Shown here: one piece after another, positions 10,066 to 18,352 of the stretch
Position numbering within the stretch: position 1 is the first letter of the stretch
Layout of the letters: every line of letters begins with the position of its first letter
Assembly (NCBI GenBank): GCA_021108215.1
Contig: JAIORK010000036.1
Location: forward strand, 22,948 to 86,947
Length of the DNA: 64,000 nt
Direction: 5' to 3'
Origin: a bacterium
Lineage (GTDB): Bacteria > Oederibacteriota > JAAXVQ01 > JAUVAV01
Notes under the pieces: model-generated
What the model saw: the letters and a program-made list of their open reading frames with translations, nothing else
What the model was told of the DNA's origin: nothing
Databases searched by the model: none
Position numbers and translations under genes: made by a program

Positions 10066-10101
10066 TTCAAAAAAAAACGGCCCCCTTTAAGGGGGCCGTT
10101 T
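10066..10101 (-). terminator. Rho-independent terminator of cspA copy 1 (bidirectional in form)
   Basis: The element is an A-run, then cggccccc-tttaa-gggggccg, then ttt. On the minus strand the stem is followed by a U9 tract, 35 nt after the csp stop. Confidence 0.7.
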
Positions 10102-10135
10102 CAATCATTGGCAAAATTGAATATACTTGTTAAAG

Positions 10136-10345
10136 TTAGCCGATTTTGCGAACGTTGGCTGCCTGGGCGCCTTTCGGTCCCTGGACAATGTCGAATTCAA
10201 CTTCGTCGCCTTCGTTCAGGTTACGGAAGCCGTCACCCTGGATGGCTGAAAAATGTACAAATACATCTTCACCGCCATCGTTCTGTTCCAAAAAACCATA
10301 ACCTTTTGTTCCATTAAACCATTTTGTCTTACCTTGAACTGACAT
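10136..10345 (-). CDS. cspA: Cold-shock protein (CspA family)
   Basis: RNP1/RNP2 motifs are present ([20 protein letters not shown]). The start was set at MSVQG, which has a GGAGG RBS. Confidence 0.9.
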   Translation of the reverse strand: MSVQGKTKWFNGTKGYGFLEQNDGGEDVFVHFSAIQGDGFRNLNEGDEVEFDIVQGPKGAQAANVRKIG

Positions 10346-10530
10346 GAATCTTGTTCCTCCAAAATTTTCAATACCCATTTTTTGCCTTAGCAAAGAAGGG
10401 GGTTCACCTTACCATTGCGTGGTAAACCTGTCAAATAAATTATCGGTTATTATAAATAAATAATAAAGCGCTTTTTTATTCCCACTGACGCCCTGGTCAA
10501 ATTTACAATCCATTCCTATTTAATGCTACT

Positions 10531-10670
10531 GATTTTAATCGTCCCCTTCACGTTCCCTTGCACAATAACACGCGCCATATAGACACCGGGCACAACATCT
10601 TGGCAGTCCCAGACCAGACTTTGACCCGGACCCTCCGGCAACTCTTCCTGCAGTATTGCCACACGCTAAC
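10531..10670 (-). pseudogene. Degenerate duplicated 3' fragment of the T9SS C-terminal sorting domain gene
   Basis: It is about 85-90% identical over roughly 130 bp to 14281-14420, the 3' end of the 879-aa beta-helix gene. It would encode ...PEGPGQSLVWDCQDVVPGVYMARVIVQGNVKGTIKISSIK. It sits directly downstream of the metE stop with no start codon or upstream ORF. Confidence 0.6.
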
Positions 10671-10676
10671 AGAAAT

Positions 10677-12977
10677 TTATCCGCTTATCTTGATTTGCCC
10701 TCTCAGCTCTTTGGCTGCTGCAACCATGTTGTGCAAGGCATCGTTGACTTCAGGCCAATTTCTGGTCTTCACTCCGCAATCAGGATTAATCCACAATTGT
10801 TCAACCGCCATAACTGCCATTGCTTTTTTCATCCTATTGATAATTGCTTCCTTTTCCGGAACAAGCGGTGAATGGATATCATAAACTCCCGGACCGATAT
10901 CATTGGGATACTTAAATTCACCAAAGGCCGTCAAAAGCACCATATCCGACCGCGAGGCCTCAATCGATATAACATCTGCGTCCATTGCGGCAATGGCATC
11001 CAAAATATCCTCAAAGTCCCCATAACACATGTGCGTATGAATCTGCGTTTCATTCTTAACCCCCGCTGATGCCAATCGAAAACAATCCACTCCCCATTTC
11101 AGATATGCGGGCCATTCGGTTTTTTTCAGCGGCAACCCTTCCCGCAAAGCCGGTTCATCAATCTGTATCACATGAATACCCGCTCGTTCCAAATCAGCTA
11201 CCTCATCCCGAATCGCCAAGGCGATTTGTTGACAGGTATCCTTCCTCGGCTGATCATCACGTACAAAAGACCATTGCAAAATAGTAACCGGTCCGGTAAG
11301 CATGCCTTTCATTGGTTTTTTCGTTAAAGATTGTGCAAAAGAACTCCACGCTACGGTCATCGGTTCTTTTCTTTCCACATCTCCATAAATAATCGGCGGT
11401 TTGACACAGCGAGACCCATAGCTCTGTACCCATCCGTTTTTAGTAAAGACAAAACCATCCAGATGTTCACCAAAATATTCAACCATATCCGTACGTTCAA
11501 ATTCTCCATGCACCAATACATCCAGGCCTATCTCTTCCTGAAATGCGATACACTTTCTTGTTTCTTCCTTTAAAAACTGTTGGTACGCTTCCTGATTCAA
11601 TTTCCCTGATTTTAAATCCCGTCTTTTCAAACGAACCGATTGCGTCTGCGGAAAAGATCCGATCGTTGTTGTCGGCAACAAAGGCAGCCGGAATTTTTCC
11701 TGCTGCATCTTTTTCCGTTCATTAAACGGAGCATTTCTGGCCAGCATCCGGGCAGTAACTTTGCGACCCCGTTCTTTAATCCGTAATTGATTGACTTTTT
11801 CCGATTTTCGTCTGAATTGAACAGCTGCCTGTCTTTTGGTTAATTCATCAGCTATTACACTCTTTCCTTGAGTGCCCACTTTTCCTAAAAGGACTATTTC
11901 ATCCATTTTTTCTTTTGCAAAACACAGCCAGGATTTAATCTCCTCATCAAGCTCGGTTTCTTCTTCCAGGCCAAACGGAACATGCAATAACGAACATGAA
12001 GAACTAATGATTACATTATTTTCACCCAGCTTGGTTATCGCTTTTTCAATCATTGGAATAAAAATCCCCAGATCGCTGCGCCAGATATTCCTCCCATTAA
12101 TCACACCCAGAGACAATTGTTGATCCGGTCTGATGATTTCCAAAACCTGATCAAGTTGTTCCGGCGCTCTAACAAGATCAACATGTAAACCATCGATTGG
12201 ACAATTGACAATGTCATTTAAATAATTTGTGATACCGCCAAAGTATGTGGTTAATTGTATTTTCCATCTTGAATCTACTGATGATAATTGTTTATAGGTT
12301 TTATGAACAGCTGCAGCAACGTCTTCTGCCCGGTCCAAAACCAAACAGGGTTCATCCATCTGAATCCAATCCGCCCCGGCTTCCGCCAATTTATCCAATA
12401 TAGCTTCATAAACCGGCAAAAGTAATGGCAATAATGTTAATACTGATGCCGCGCCATCAACCATTCTTCCCGACAAAAGATAAGAAACCGGCCCAAGCAA
12501 AACAGGCCGGGTATGAATCCCCATTGCCTTGGCCTCTTCAAATTCCCGAACCGCTTTCAATGCATAAAGTTTAAATTCCTGGTTTTCTTTAAATTCAGGA
12601 ACAAGATAGTGATAGTTGGTATCAAACCATTTGGTCATTTCCATGGCGGGAATATTCTGATTGTCGTTTTTTTTACCGCGTGCCATTGCAAAATATAAAT
12701 CAAGATCAATATCACCGTCATTCCAATTGTAGCGTTCGGGCACGGCACCTACCATACAAGTCGTATCAAGAACCTGATCATAAAACGAAAAATCATTGGA
12801 AGGAATAATTCCCAATTGATGTTCCTGCATTAGCCGCCAGTGAGCGACTCTTAATGCTGAAGCAACCTCAAGTAATTCTTCCTTATTTATTTCCCCCCTC
12901 CAATATTTTTCCAGAGCTTTTTTAAGCTCGCGTTTTTTTCCCATTCTGGGAAATCCTAAAACTGCAGTTTTGGCCAT
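10677..12977 (-). CDS. metE: 5-methyltetrahydropteroyltriglutamate--homocysteine S-methyltransferase (cobalamin-independent methionine synthase)
   Basis: Both MetE halves are present, including the C-terminal Zn/homocysteine region (HTHMCYGDFEDIL, DVISIEASRSD). The N-terminus MAKTAVLGFPRMG has an AAGGGGG RBS, so the start was moved from the ORF-track 13091 to 12977. Confidence 0.95.
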   Translation of the reverse strand: MAKTAVLGFPRMGKKRELKKALEKYWRGEINKEELLEVASALRVAHWRLMQEHQLGIIPSNDFSFYDQVLDTTCMVGAVPERYNWNDGDIDLDLYFAMARGKKNDNQNIPAMEMTKWFDTNYHYLVPEFKENQEFKLYALKAVREFEEAKAMGIHTRPVLLGPVSYLLSGRMVDGAASVLTLLPLLLPVYEAILDKLAEAGADWIQMDEPCLVLDRAEDVAAAVHKTYKQLSSVDSRWKIQLTTYFGGITNYLNDIVNCPIDGLHVDLVRAPEQLDQVLEIIRPDQQLSLGVINGRNIWRSDLGIFIPMIEKAITKLGENNVIISSSCSLLHVPFGLEEETELDEEIKSWLCFAKEKMDEIVLLGKVGTQGKSVIADELTKRQAAVQFRRKSEKVNQLRIKERGRKVTARMLARNAPFNERKKMQQEKFRLPLLPTTTIGSFPQTQSVRLKRRDLKSGKLNQEAYQQFLKEETRKCIAFQEEIGLDVLVHGEFERTDMVEYFGEHLDGFVFTKNGWVQSYGSRCVKPPIIYGDVERKEPMTVAWSSFAQSLTKKPMKGMLTGPVTILQWSFVRDDQPRKDTCQQIALAIRDEVADLERAGIHVIQIDEPALREGLPLKKTEWPAYLKWGVDCFRLASAGVKNETQIHTHMCYGDFEDILDAIAAMDADVISIEASRSDMVLLTAFGEFKYPNDIGPGVYDIHSPLVPEKEAIINRMKKAMAVMAVEQLWINPDCGVKTRNWPEVNDALHNMVAAAKELRGQIKISG

Positions 12978-13119
12978 CCTCGGGCCCCCTTTCAAAATAA
13001 AAAACCCTGACCTGTCATGCACGGGGCATAAAACAGACCAGGGGATCATTGAAAGTCCTGCCTTCCGATGATGCTTTCCCGGCTGCTTCACCCCAATCCA
13101 CGAGGGTCAAACAAGTTTT

Positions 13120-13280
13120 TTGTCTTAAGCAGGTCTTCTGGCTTCCGGATCGTTCTACTAACCCAACCTTCCCATCCGTATTGAATAGTGGTCATTTGGG
13201 TGTTCGTCACCGGTTACAGCGGCGGGACCGCGACGGACTTGCACCGTCTTCCCTTTTCATCCTCTCGCGAGGAACATAAG
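13120..13280 (-). promoter_or_regulatory. Cobalamin (B12) riboswitch in the metE leader
   Basis: The minus strand reads AAGGGAAGACGGTGCAAGTCCGTCGCGGTCCCGCCGCTGTAACCGG, which is the conserved cobalamin-aptamer core. It is followed by the B12 box GAAGCCAGAAGACCTGC, which is the reverse complement of 13129-13145. Confidence 0.85.
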
Positions 13281-13298
13281 ACTTTTTTTATTAGATAG

Positions 13299-13326
13299 AT
13301 TTTATCGTTATAAAATTGAAAGTCAA
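13299..13326 (-). promoter_or_regulatory. Sigma70-like promoter for the riboswitch-metE transcript
   Basis: On the minus strand a TTGACT -35 (13321-13326) is followed by a 16-nt spacer and a TAAAAT -10 (13299-13304), about 20 nt upstream of the aptamer. Confidence 0.5.
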
Positions 13327-13382
13327 TCCTTAACTTACCGTTCCACATTTTTTTCGCGTTTTTTAGTGTGTCATGGAGCTGG

Positions 13383-14222
13383 TCAATCTTTGAGCGCTTT
13401 CAGAATATTTCTAAATCTCGTTGCGCTGATGGGATGGTATGCCAGAATATCACCTTGATACAGTATCCCAAACGTCCCAAACGGCACCGGACTTTGCTGT
13501 GCTGCTCTGCTGTCATTTAAATCCACAATCTTGAGTGTCAGCTTAAATTCATTTTTCGCAACCTCCGCCATTTCCTGCACATTGGTCACCGTATAAGGAC
13601 ATTGATCAGCTCTGAAAAGAATGAGTCCCTTTTTCCATTTTTCCGGGATGGTTTTTAATTGCACTGCAAAGCAAGGTGGCGGTGTCCGTGTCTGTGTGGA
13701 AAATGTCTTTGCCATCAATAAAAAATCGGGCTCTGACCGGTCCACAACCGCATACTTTCTTTTTAGAAATATCCGTTCATCCGCCATAAAAGAACCCTTA
13801 CGCACCACCACGGCAACACCCGCCAATTTTTGTTTCTTTGCATCCGCTTCACACTGTTCAATCAGCTTGGAGGCATATCCGTGCCCTTTAAATTCTTTTT
13901 TAAATCCCACAAACAAACAGTGAATCACCATATACTTATCCGCCCGGATGGACCGCCAGCAAGTTTTACCCGGCATATATTCAATCATTCCCTGTGTTCC
14001 GGTTTTTTCAGAATGAAGCATAAATACTCTCAAACCGTGTTTCAACTGTTCTAAAACCCACCCGGTTTTTTCCTGATACCCGGGCCGTTTTGGATTTTTA
14101 TACCCACAAAAGGCAAACGTCTGATAATTTTCCGGTGTCACTTGTATCATTTTCAACGCATCCATGACAGCCTCCCTTGGCAGTATTAATGTTGCGCACA
14201 TCATAACACAATCACGTGACAA
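13383..14222 (-). CDS. GNAT-family N-acetyltransferase with a YoaP-like C-terminal domain
   Basis: The acetyl-CoA motif region (HGYASKLIEQCEADAKKQKLAGVAVVV) is followed by a C-terminal domain with the DQCPY motif. The start is uncertain, probably an internal Met (MDALKMIQV). Confidence 0.55.
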   Translation of the reverse strand: MSRDCVMMCATLILPREAVMDALKMIQVTPENYQTFAFCGYKNPKRPGYQEKTGWVLEQLKHGLRVFMLHSEKTGTQGMIEYMPGKTCWRSIRADKYMVIHCLFVGFKKEFKGHGYASKLIEQCEADAKKQKLAGVAVVVRKGSFMADERIFLKRKYAVVDRSEPDFLLMAKTFSTQTRTPPPCFAVQLKTIPEKWKKGLILFRADQCPYTVTNVQEMAEVAKNEFKLTLKIVDLNDSRAAQQSPVPFGTFGILYQGDILAYHPISATRFRNILKALKD

Positions 14223-14266
14223 CCCTGTGTCAGGTTTGGGATATACGCCGACTGTTTTTATGCAAT

Positions 14267-16906
14267 TTATTTAACAATGCTAACTTTGATAGTCCCCTTC
14301 ACGCTCCCTTGCACAATAACACGCGCCATATAGACACCGGGCGCAACATCTTTGCAGTCCCAGTCCAGGCTTTGGCCCGGACCCTCCGGTAAATTTTCCT
14401 GCAGTACCGCCACGCGCTCACCGATCAAATTATAGAGCATAATCTCAACCTGGGCAGCTTGCTCCAAATGGAGCACAAAGCGCATCTCTGATTTGGCTGG
14501 ATTGGGAAATGCCAACGCCGGCCGGCCGCCCAGGTCGACATTGAGCAAAGGATTGTCCGGTGTCACGGTTGCGGTTGGCGTTACGGTCAAAGTGGGTGAG
14601 ACGGTTTGGGTCAATGTAATAGTTCCGGTCAGGGTAATGGTGGGTGTCACGGTTGCGGTAAAAGTGATGGTCCGGGTAGGTGTCGCGGTTGCGGTCGGCG
14701 GTCCAATCACAACCACATCCGTTGCAAACGAGGATGTATTGTTACTGCTGTCCGTGGCCAAAGCGGAAACCGTCTCTCCGCCAACCAGACCGGACGGCGT
14801 GAGGCTCCAGTTGCCCGAGCCATCGGCCGTGGTCCTGCCGACCAGGGAAATGCTCCCTCCCGGATTTCCGCCCGCTTCAGCCAGGAAAACCTCGATGTAA
14901 TCATTATTCCCCGCGGTTCCGGAAATCAGGGTGCTGGAGGCAGCCGTAATCACAGGCGGTATTTTATCCGTATTGCCGCCCGCGGACAACAGAATCGCAT
15001 CATGGCCTATCGCTGTGATGGTATTGGCAAACAAACCGTTTTGAATTGCATTGGAATTTAAAATACTAATTCCATAATTCATGCCGGTAAAAATATTTCC
15101 CGAACCGGTATGCTGAATACCAAAAAAATTGCCCTGCCCGTTCGAAATACGGACACCGGTACCCATGGTCAATCCAGTGGCCGTGCCGTCTGGCATGCAA
15201 TTAAGCCAGTTCTGGCATATGGTATTGTTGTCCGCTCCGTCATACAGTTCAAATCCGTAGTTTAAACAGTAAATATAGTTGCGGTCTTCAGGCAGCAGTC
15301 CGCCAATCACGTTATCGATCGCGACGCGAAGCTGGAAACCGTTAAAATTCTCGATTACGCTGCTACGGTCAAGACTCAACCCGATATCATTTCCCAGTAT
15401 ATAATTGCCAACCGCAAGTTCCAGAAAAACCGCATTCAAACTATTGCCGGAAATGATATTGCGGTAGATGGGATCCGGACCGCCGATATAATTGTTGGTG
15501 GCATTCGCGTAATATAAGCGGAGGCCGTGATAATTGGGAATCGCGGCATTTCCGGCCAGATTAAGGCCGATAATGTTTCCGATCACAGTATTTCCCTGGC
15601 AGTCGTAAATGAGCACACCCGCGTTTCCCGTACCACTGCTGCCTGAAATCAAATTGCCCCGCATCTGGCCGGCTGACAAATTGGGTCCGCCGACCAGATT
15701 ATTATCACCGGTTATCCATACCCCGCACTGGTCGCTGATGGCTGCCGCGTCACCGGCCCAGTTGGTGCCGATCAAATTGCCGCTTACCGTATTGCCCGAT
15801 CCTTGCAGCCGGATATTGTATTGGCTGCCGGATATCAGATTGCGTTCCTTATATGCTGCATTCAAATGACCGCCGATCGCGAAAGAAAACCCATACAGAT
15901 CAAGACCGTAACTGGAATTATTGGTAATCTGGTTGTTCTGGATAATATAATGATGCGAGGTTGTGGCAGTGTTATAAATGCCGCGGTCATTGGCCGCAAT
16001 GGTATTGCCATAACCGTCTACAGGCAAACCGATCCAGTTGTTATTGGAATAATTGCCGATACCAATCCCGGCAAAGGAGTGGCCCAAAGGTGTGGCCATA
16101 TCACTGCCCAGACCGATCACATTGCCGCAGACACTGTTGCCCGAGGTTGCCGCATAGGTGAAACGCAGACCCGAGTTGCTGTTGCCGGATATCAGGTTGC
16201 CCTCATTGGCATACCAGCTCCCACCGATCATATTATTTTCACATTGATCACCAAACTCCACGCCAACTAAATTAGGCCGGGCCAAAAGCCCGGAGCTGTC
16301 GGTCCCAATATAATTATTCTGGATTTTCATACTGCTGCAGTGACCAACATATATGCCATAATGGGTATTACTGGATATAATGTTGCGGTCACTGATATTG
16401 GGTGTGCCGATCACTGCATTCGTACTGCCCAAAATGTAAAGACCGTCGCGATTTGGCCGGCTTACATCTGTCCAGTCAAGACCGATCCTGCATCCGGTAA
16501 TTGAAATATTGTCGGCATTAACGGAGCGGATTGCCTGATACGCATCCACCAACGCTACATTTCTGAATTGCGTATTATCACTGGTTATGGCAATCAAAAA
16601 CATATACGTATTACTCTCCTGCGCCGGATAGTACCCGATCACCACGTCATTACTCTCCCCATCAATAATTAATTCATTATTAATCCATATTGCGCTGAAA
16701 ACCGTGATGGAATTGGAATTGCCGCTGGCGCCCGGCCCAAAGGTAATGGTATCACCTGCCGTGGCATCCAGAACCGCCTGGCGCAACGTCCCCGCACCGC
16801 TGTCCTCGCGGCTGGTGACTTGAATGGTAGCAGCTTGCGCAAGTGTCGCCATACCGCATAAAATAATAACTGCAATATACCTGACCCCTAAATATCTTTT
16901 CACCAT
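14267..16906 (-). CDS. Secreted right-handed parallel beta-helix repeat protein with a Thr/Pro linker and a T9SS type-A C-terminal sorting domain
   Basis: A signal peptide is followed by tens of beta-helix repeats (NN.I..N...G....G..), then the linker PTATATPTRTITFTATVTPTITLTGTITLT. The C-terminal ~80 aa (FPNPAKSEMRFVLHL...ARVIVQGSVKGTIKVSIVK) has the Por/T9SS sorting-domain pattern. Confidence 0.6.
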   Translation of the reverse strand: MVKRYLGVRYIAVIILCGMATLAQAATIQVTSREDSGAGTLRQAVLDATAGDTITFGPGASGNSNSITVFSAIWINNELIIDGESNDVVIGYYPAQESNTYMFLIAITSDNTQFRNVALVDAYQAIRSVNADNISITGCRIGLDWTDVSRPNRDGLYILGSTNAVIGTPNISDRNIISSNTHYGIYVGHCSSMKIQNNYIGTDSSGLLARPNLVGVEFGDQCENNMIGGSWYANEGNLISGNSNSGLRFTYAATSGNSVCGNVIGLGSDMATPLGHSFAGIGIGNYSNNNWIGLPVDGYGNTIAANDRGIYNTATTSHHYIIQNNQITNNSSYGLDLYGFSFAIGGHLNAAYKERNLISGSQYNIRLQGSGNTVSGNLIGTNWAGDAAAISDQCGVWITGDNNLVGGPNLSAGQMRGNLISGSSGTGNAGVLIYDCQGNTVIGNIIGLNLAGNAAIPNYHGLRLYYANATNNYIGGPDPIYRNIISGNSLNAVFLELAVGNYILGNDIGLSLDRSSVIENFNGFQLRVAIDNVIGGLLPEDRNYIYCLNYGFELYDGADNNTICQNWLNCMPDGTATGLTMGTGVRISNGQGNFFGIQHTGSGNIFTGMNYGISILNSNAIQNGLFANTITAIGHDAILLSAGGNTDKIPPVITAASSTLISGTAGNNDYIEVFLAEAGGNPGGSISLVGRTTADGSGNWSLTPSGLVGGETVSALATDSSNNTSSFATDVVVIGPPTATATPTRTITFTATVTPTITLTGTITLTQTVSPTLTVTPTATVTPDNPLLNVDLGGRPALAFPNPAKSEMRFVLHLEQAAQVEIMLYNLIGERVAVLQENLPEGPGQSLDWDCKDVAPGVYMARVIVQGSVKGTIKVSIVK

Positions 16907-17246
16907 GTCAAACCCCCATCTTCGTGATATTGCCTTCCCAATAAAGTAATAACACAGGTTTTTAAAACAAACTATAAAAACAAGGAAAAAGTCACAAAAT
17001 CAAATCAGGTGACGGACCATTACGGTTCCAGCGCTTGTGCAGCCAGGCGTTTCATCTGCTTGACAATTGCGGCCAGACCATTGGCCCGGGAGAGAGAGGT
17101 TGGTGCTTAATCCAATTTGTCTATAAAGATGAAAAAAAGGCAAAATGCCATTTGACATATCTCCAAATAAAGCTTATGTTTCTTATAGATTTCAGCCGGA
17201 TAGGGTTGGGATCAGTTAGGTTCATTTTATAGGAGGAACGTATTTC

Positions 17247-17450
17247 ATGGTACAAGGTAAAGTAAAGTGGTTTAATGATGCAAAAGGATTCGGTTTCTTG
17301 GAGCGCGAAGGCGGCAGTGATGTATTTGTTCATTTCTCAGCTCTCAAAGGCGACGGATTCAAAAGTTTGGCTGAAGGTGAAGCAGTAGAATTTGATGTCG
17401 TTGACGGTCCCAAAGGCCCTCAGGCATCCAATGTTTCCAAACTTGGCTAA
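17247..17450 (+). CDS. cspA: Cold-shock protein (CspA family), second copy
   Basis: The 67-aa product has [12 protein letters not shown] and VFVHFSAL. An AGGAGG RBS is present. Confidence 0.9.
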   Translation: MVQGKVKWFNDAKGFGFLEREGGSDVFVHFSALKGDGFKSLAEGEAVEFDVVDGPKGPQASNVSKLG

Positions 17451-17485
17451 GCAACCCATCCGACAACTCGTTGTATAGGTTTTAA

Positions 17486-17524
17486 TTAAAAACCCCCGTA
17501 CCTTTTGGTGCGGGGGTTTTTAAT
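17486..17524 (+). terminator. Rho-independent terminator of cspA copy 2
   Basis: The element is aaaaacccccgtacc-ttt-ggtgcgggggttttt. It marks the left edge of the AT-rich island. Confidence 0.8.
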
Positions 17525-17597
17525 TTGGGGTAGCGCTACCCTACTGCTCCCCATTAACAAAAGAAGAGTAGTATAAAAGCTCTTTATTTTCCTACTA

Positions 17598-18320
17598 CTA
17601 ATAGCACTCATAGTACGGTGGCTTTTTGGGTGTTGGATATATTTTAGCCGAATAGTGTATGTTTTTTATCTTGTCACGAAATTTGTTTTGCAAAATAATA
17701 TTATTTCTAATTGCTGAAATATACTTATCCAGCGCTATTACTAAATCAACCTTTAAGGCATTAATTGATATCGGCAACCAATATCCAGCATAGTTATTCA
17801 AATGCGTTATTTCTCCGGCAGAATGAACTTGCACTATTTGGAAGTGTTTAACATCAAGCCTTTTTTCAAATATTATTTTGCCATCATTATCTGCTATTTG
17901 GAAATTGTGGCTGTAACTATTTCGTTCACCGTCTTCATCAGAAAATACCAACCACTTTAATATCGCTTTTTTACTTTCGAGATCTATTAATAGATTTTGT
18001 GGATGAAATCTATGACACAATCCATGTCGATACATGTAATAAAACCATTTAACTTCCTGGTCTTTGTAAATACTTGTGTCAAAATAATTACGAATAAATC
18101 CTAACTCAACATCCTCACCATCTTTCCCGAAGGGTCTTTGACCATGAAGATATTCACTCAATTCCAGCACATAACTAAAAAACATCAATGGAATAGTAAA
18201 CTCTCCTATCCCTGCTTTTAGAAGAGCACCCATTTCTAAGAGGATCGAGTTTTTATAATCTTTATCCAAATATTCGATTATCTGGTCACTGCTAACATTT
18301 TTAAATAATTTCCAAGACAT
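17598..18320 (-). CDS. Hypothetical protein of 240 aa in the AT-rich island
   Basis: It sits downstream of and co-oriented with the 777-aa gene, with a 32-bp gap. It has coding periodicity and no recognised motif. Confidence 0.5.
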   Translation of the reverse strand: MSWKLFKNVSSDQIIEYLDKDYKNSILLEMGALLKAGIGEFTIPLMFFSYVLELSEYLHGQRPFGKDGEDVELGFIRNYFDTSIYKDQEVKWFYYMYRHGLCHRFHPQNLLIDLESKKAILKWLVFSDEDGERNSYSHNFQIADNDGKIIFEKRLDVKHFQIVQVHSAGEITHLNNYAGYWLPISINALKVDLVIALDKYISAIRNNIILQNKFRDKIKNIHYSAKIYPTPKKPPYYECY

Positions 18321-18352
18321 ACCTCATCTCCATTTTAGACCACTTATTGATT

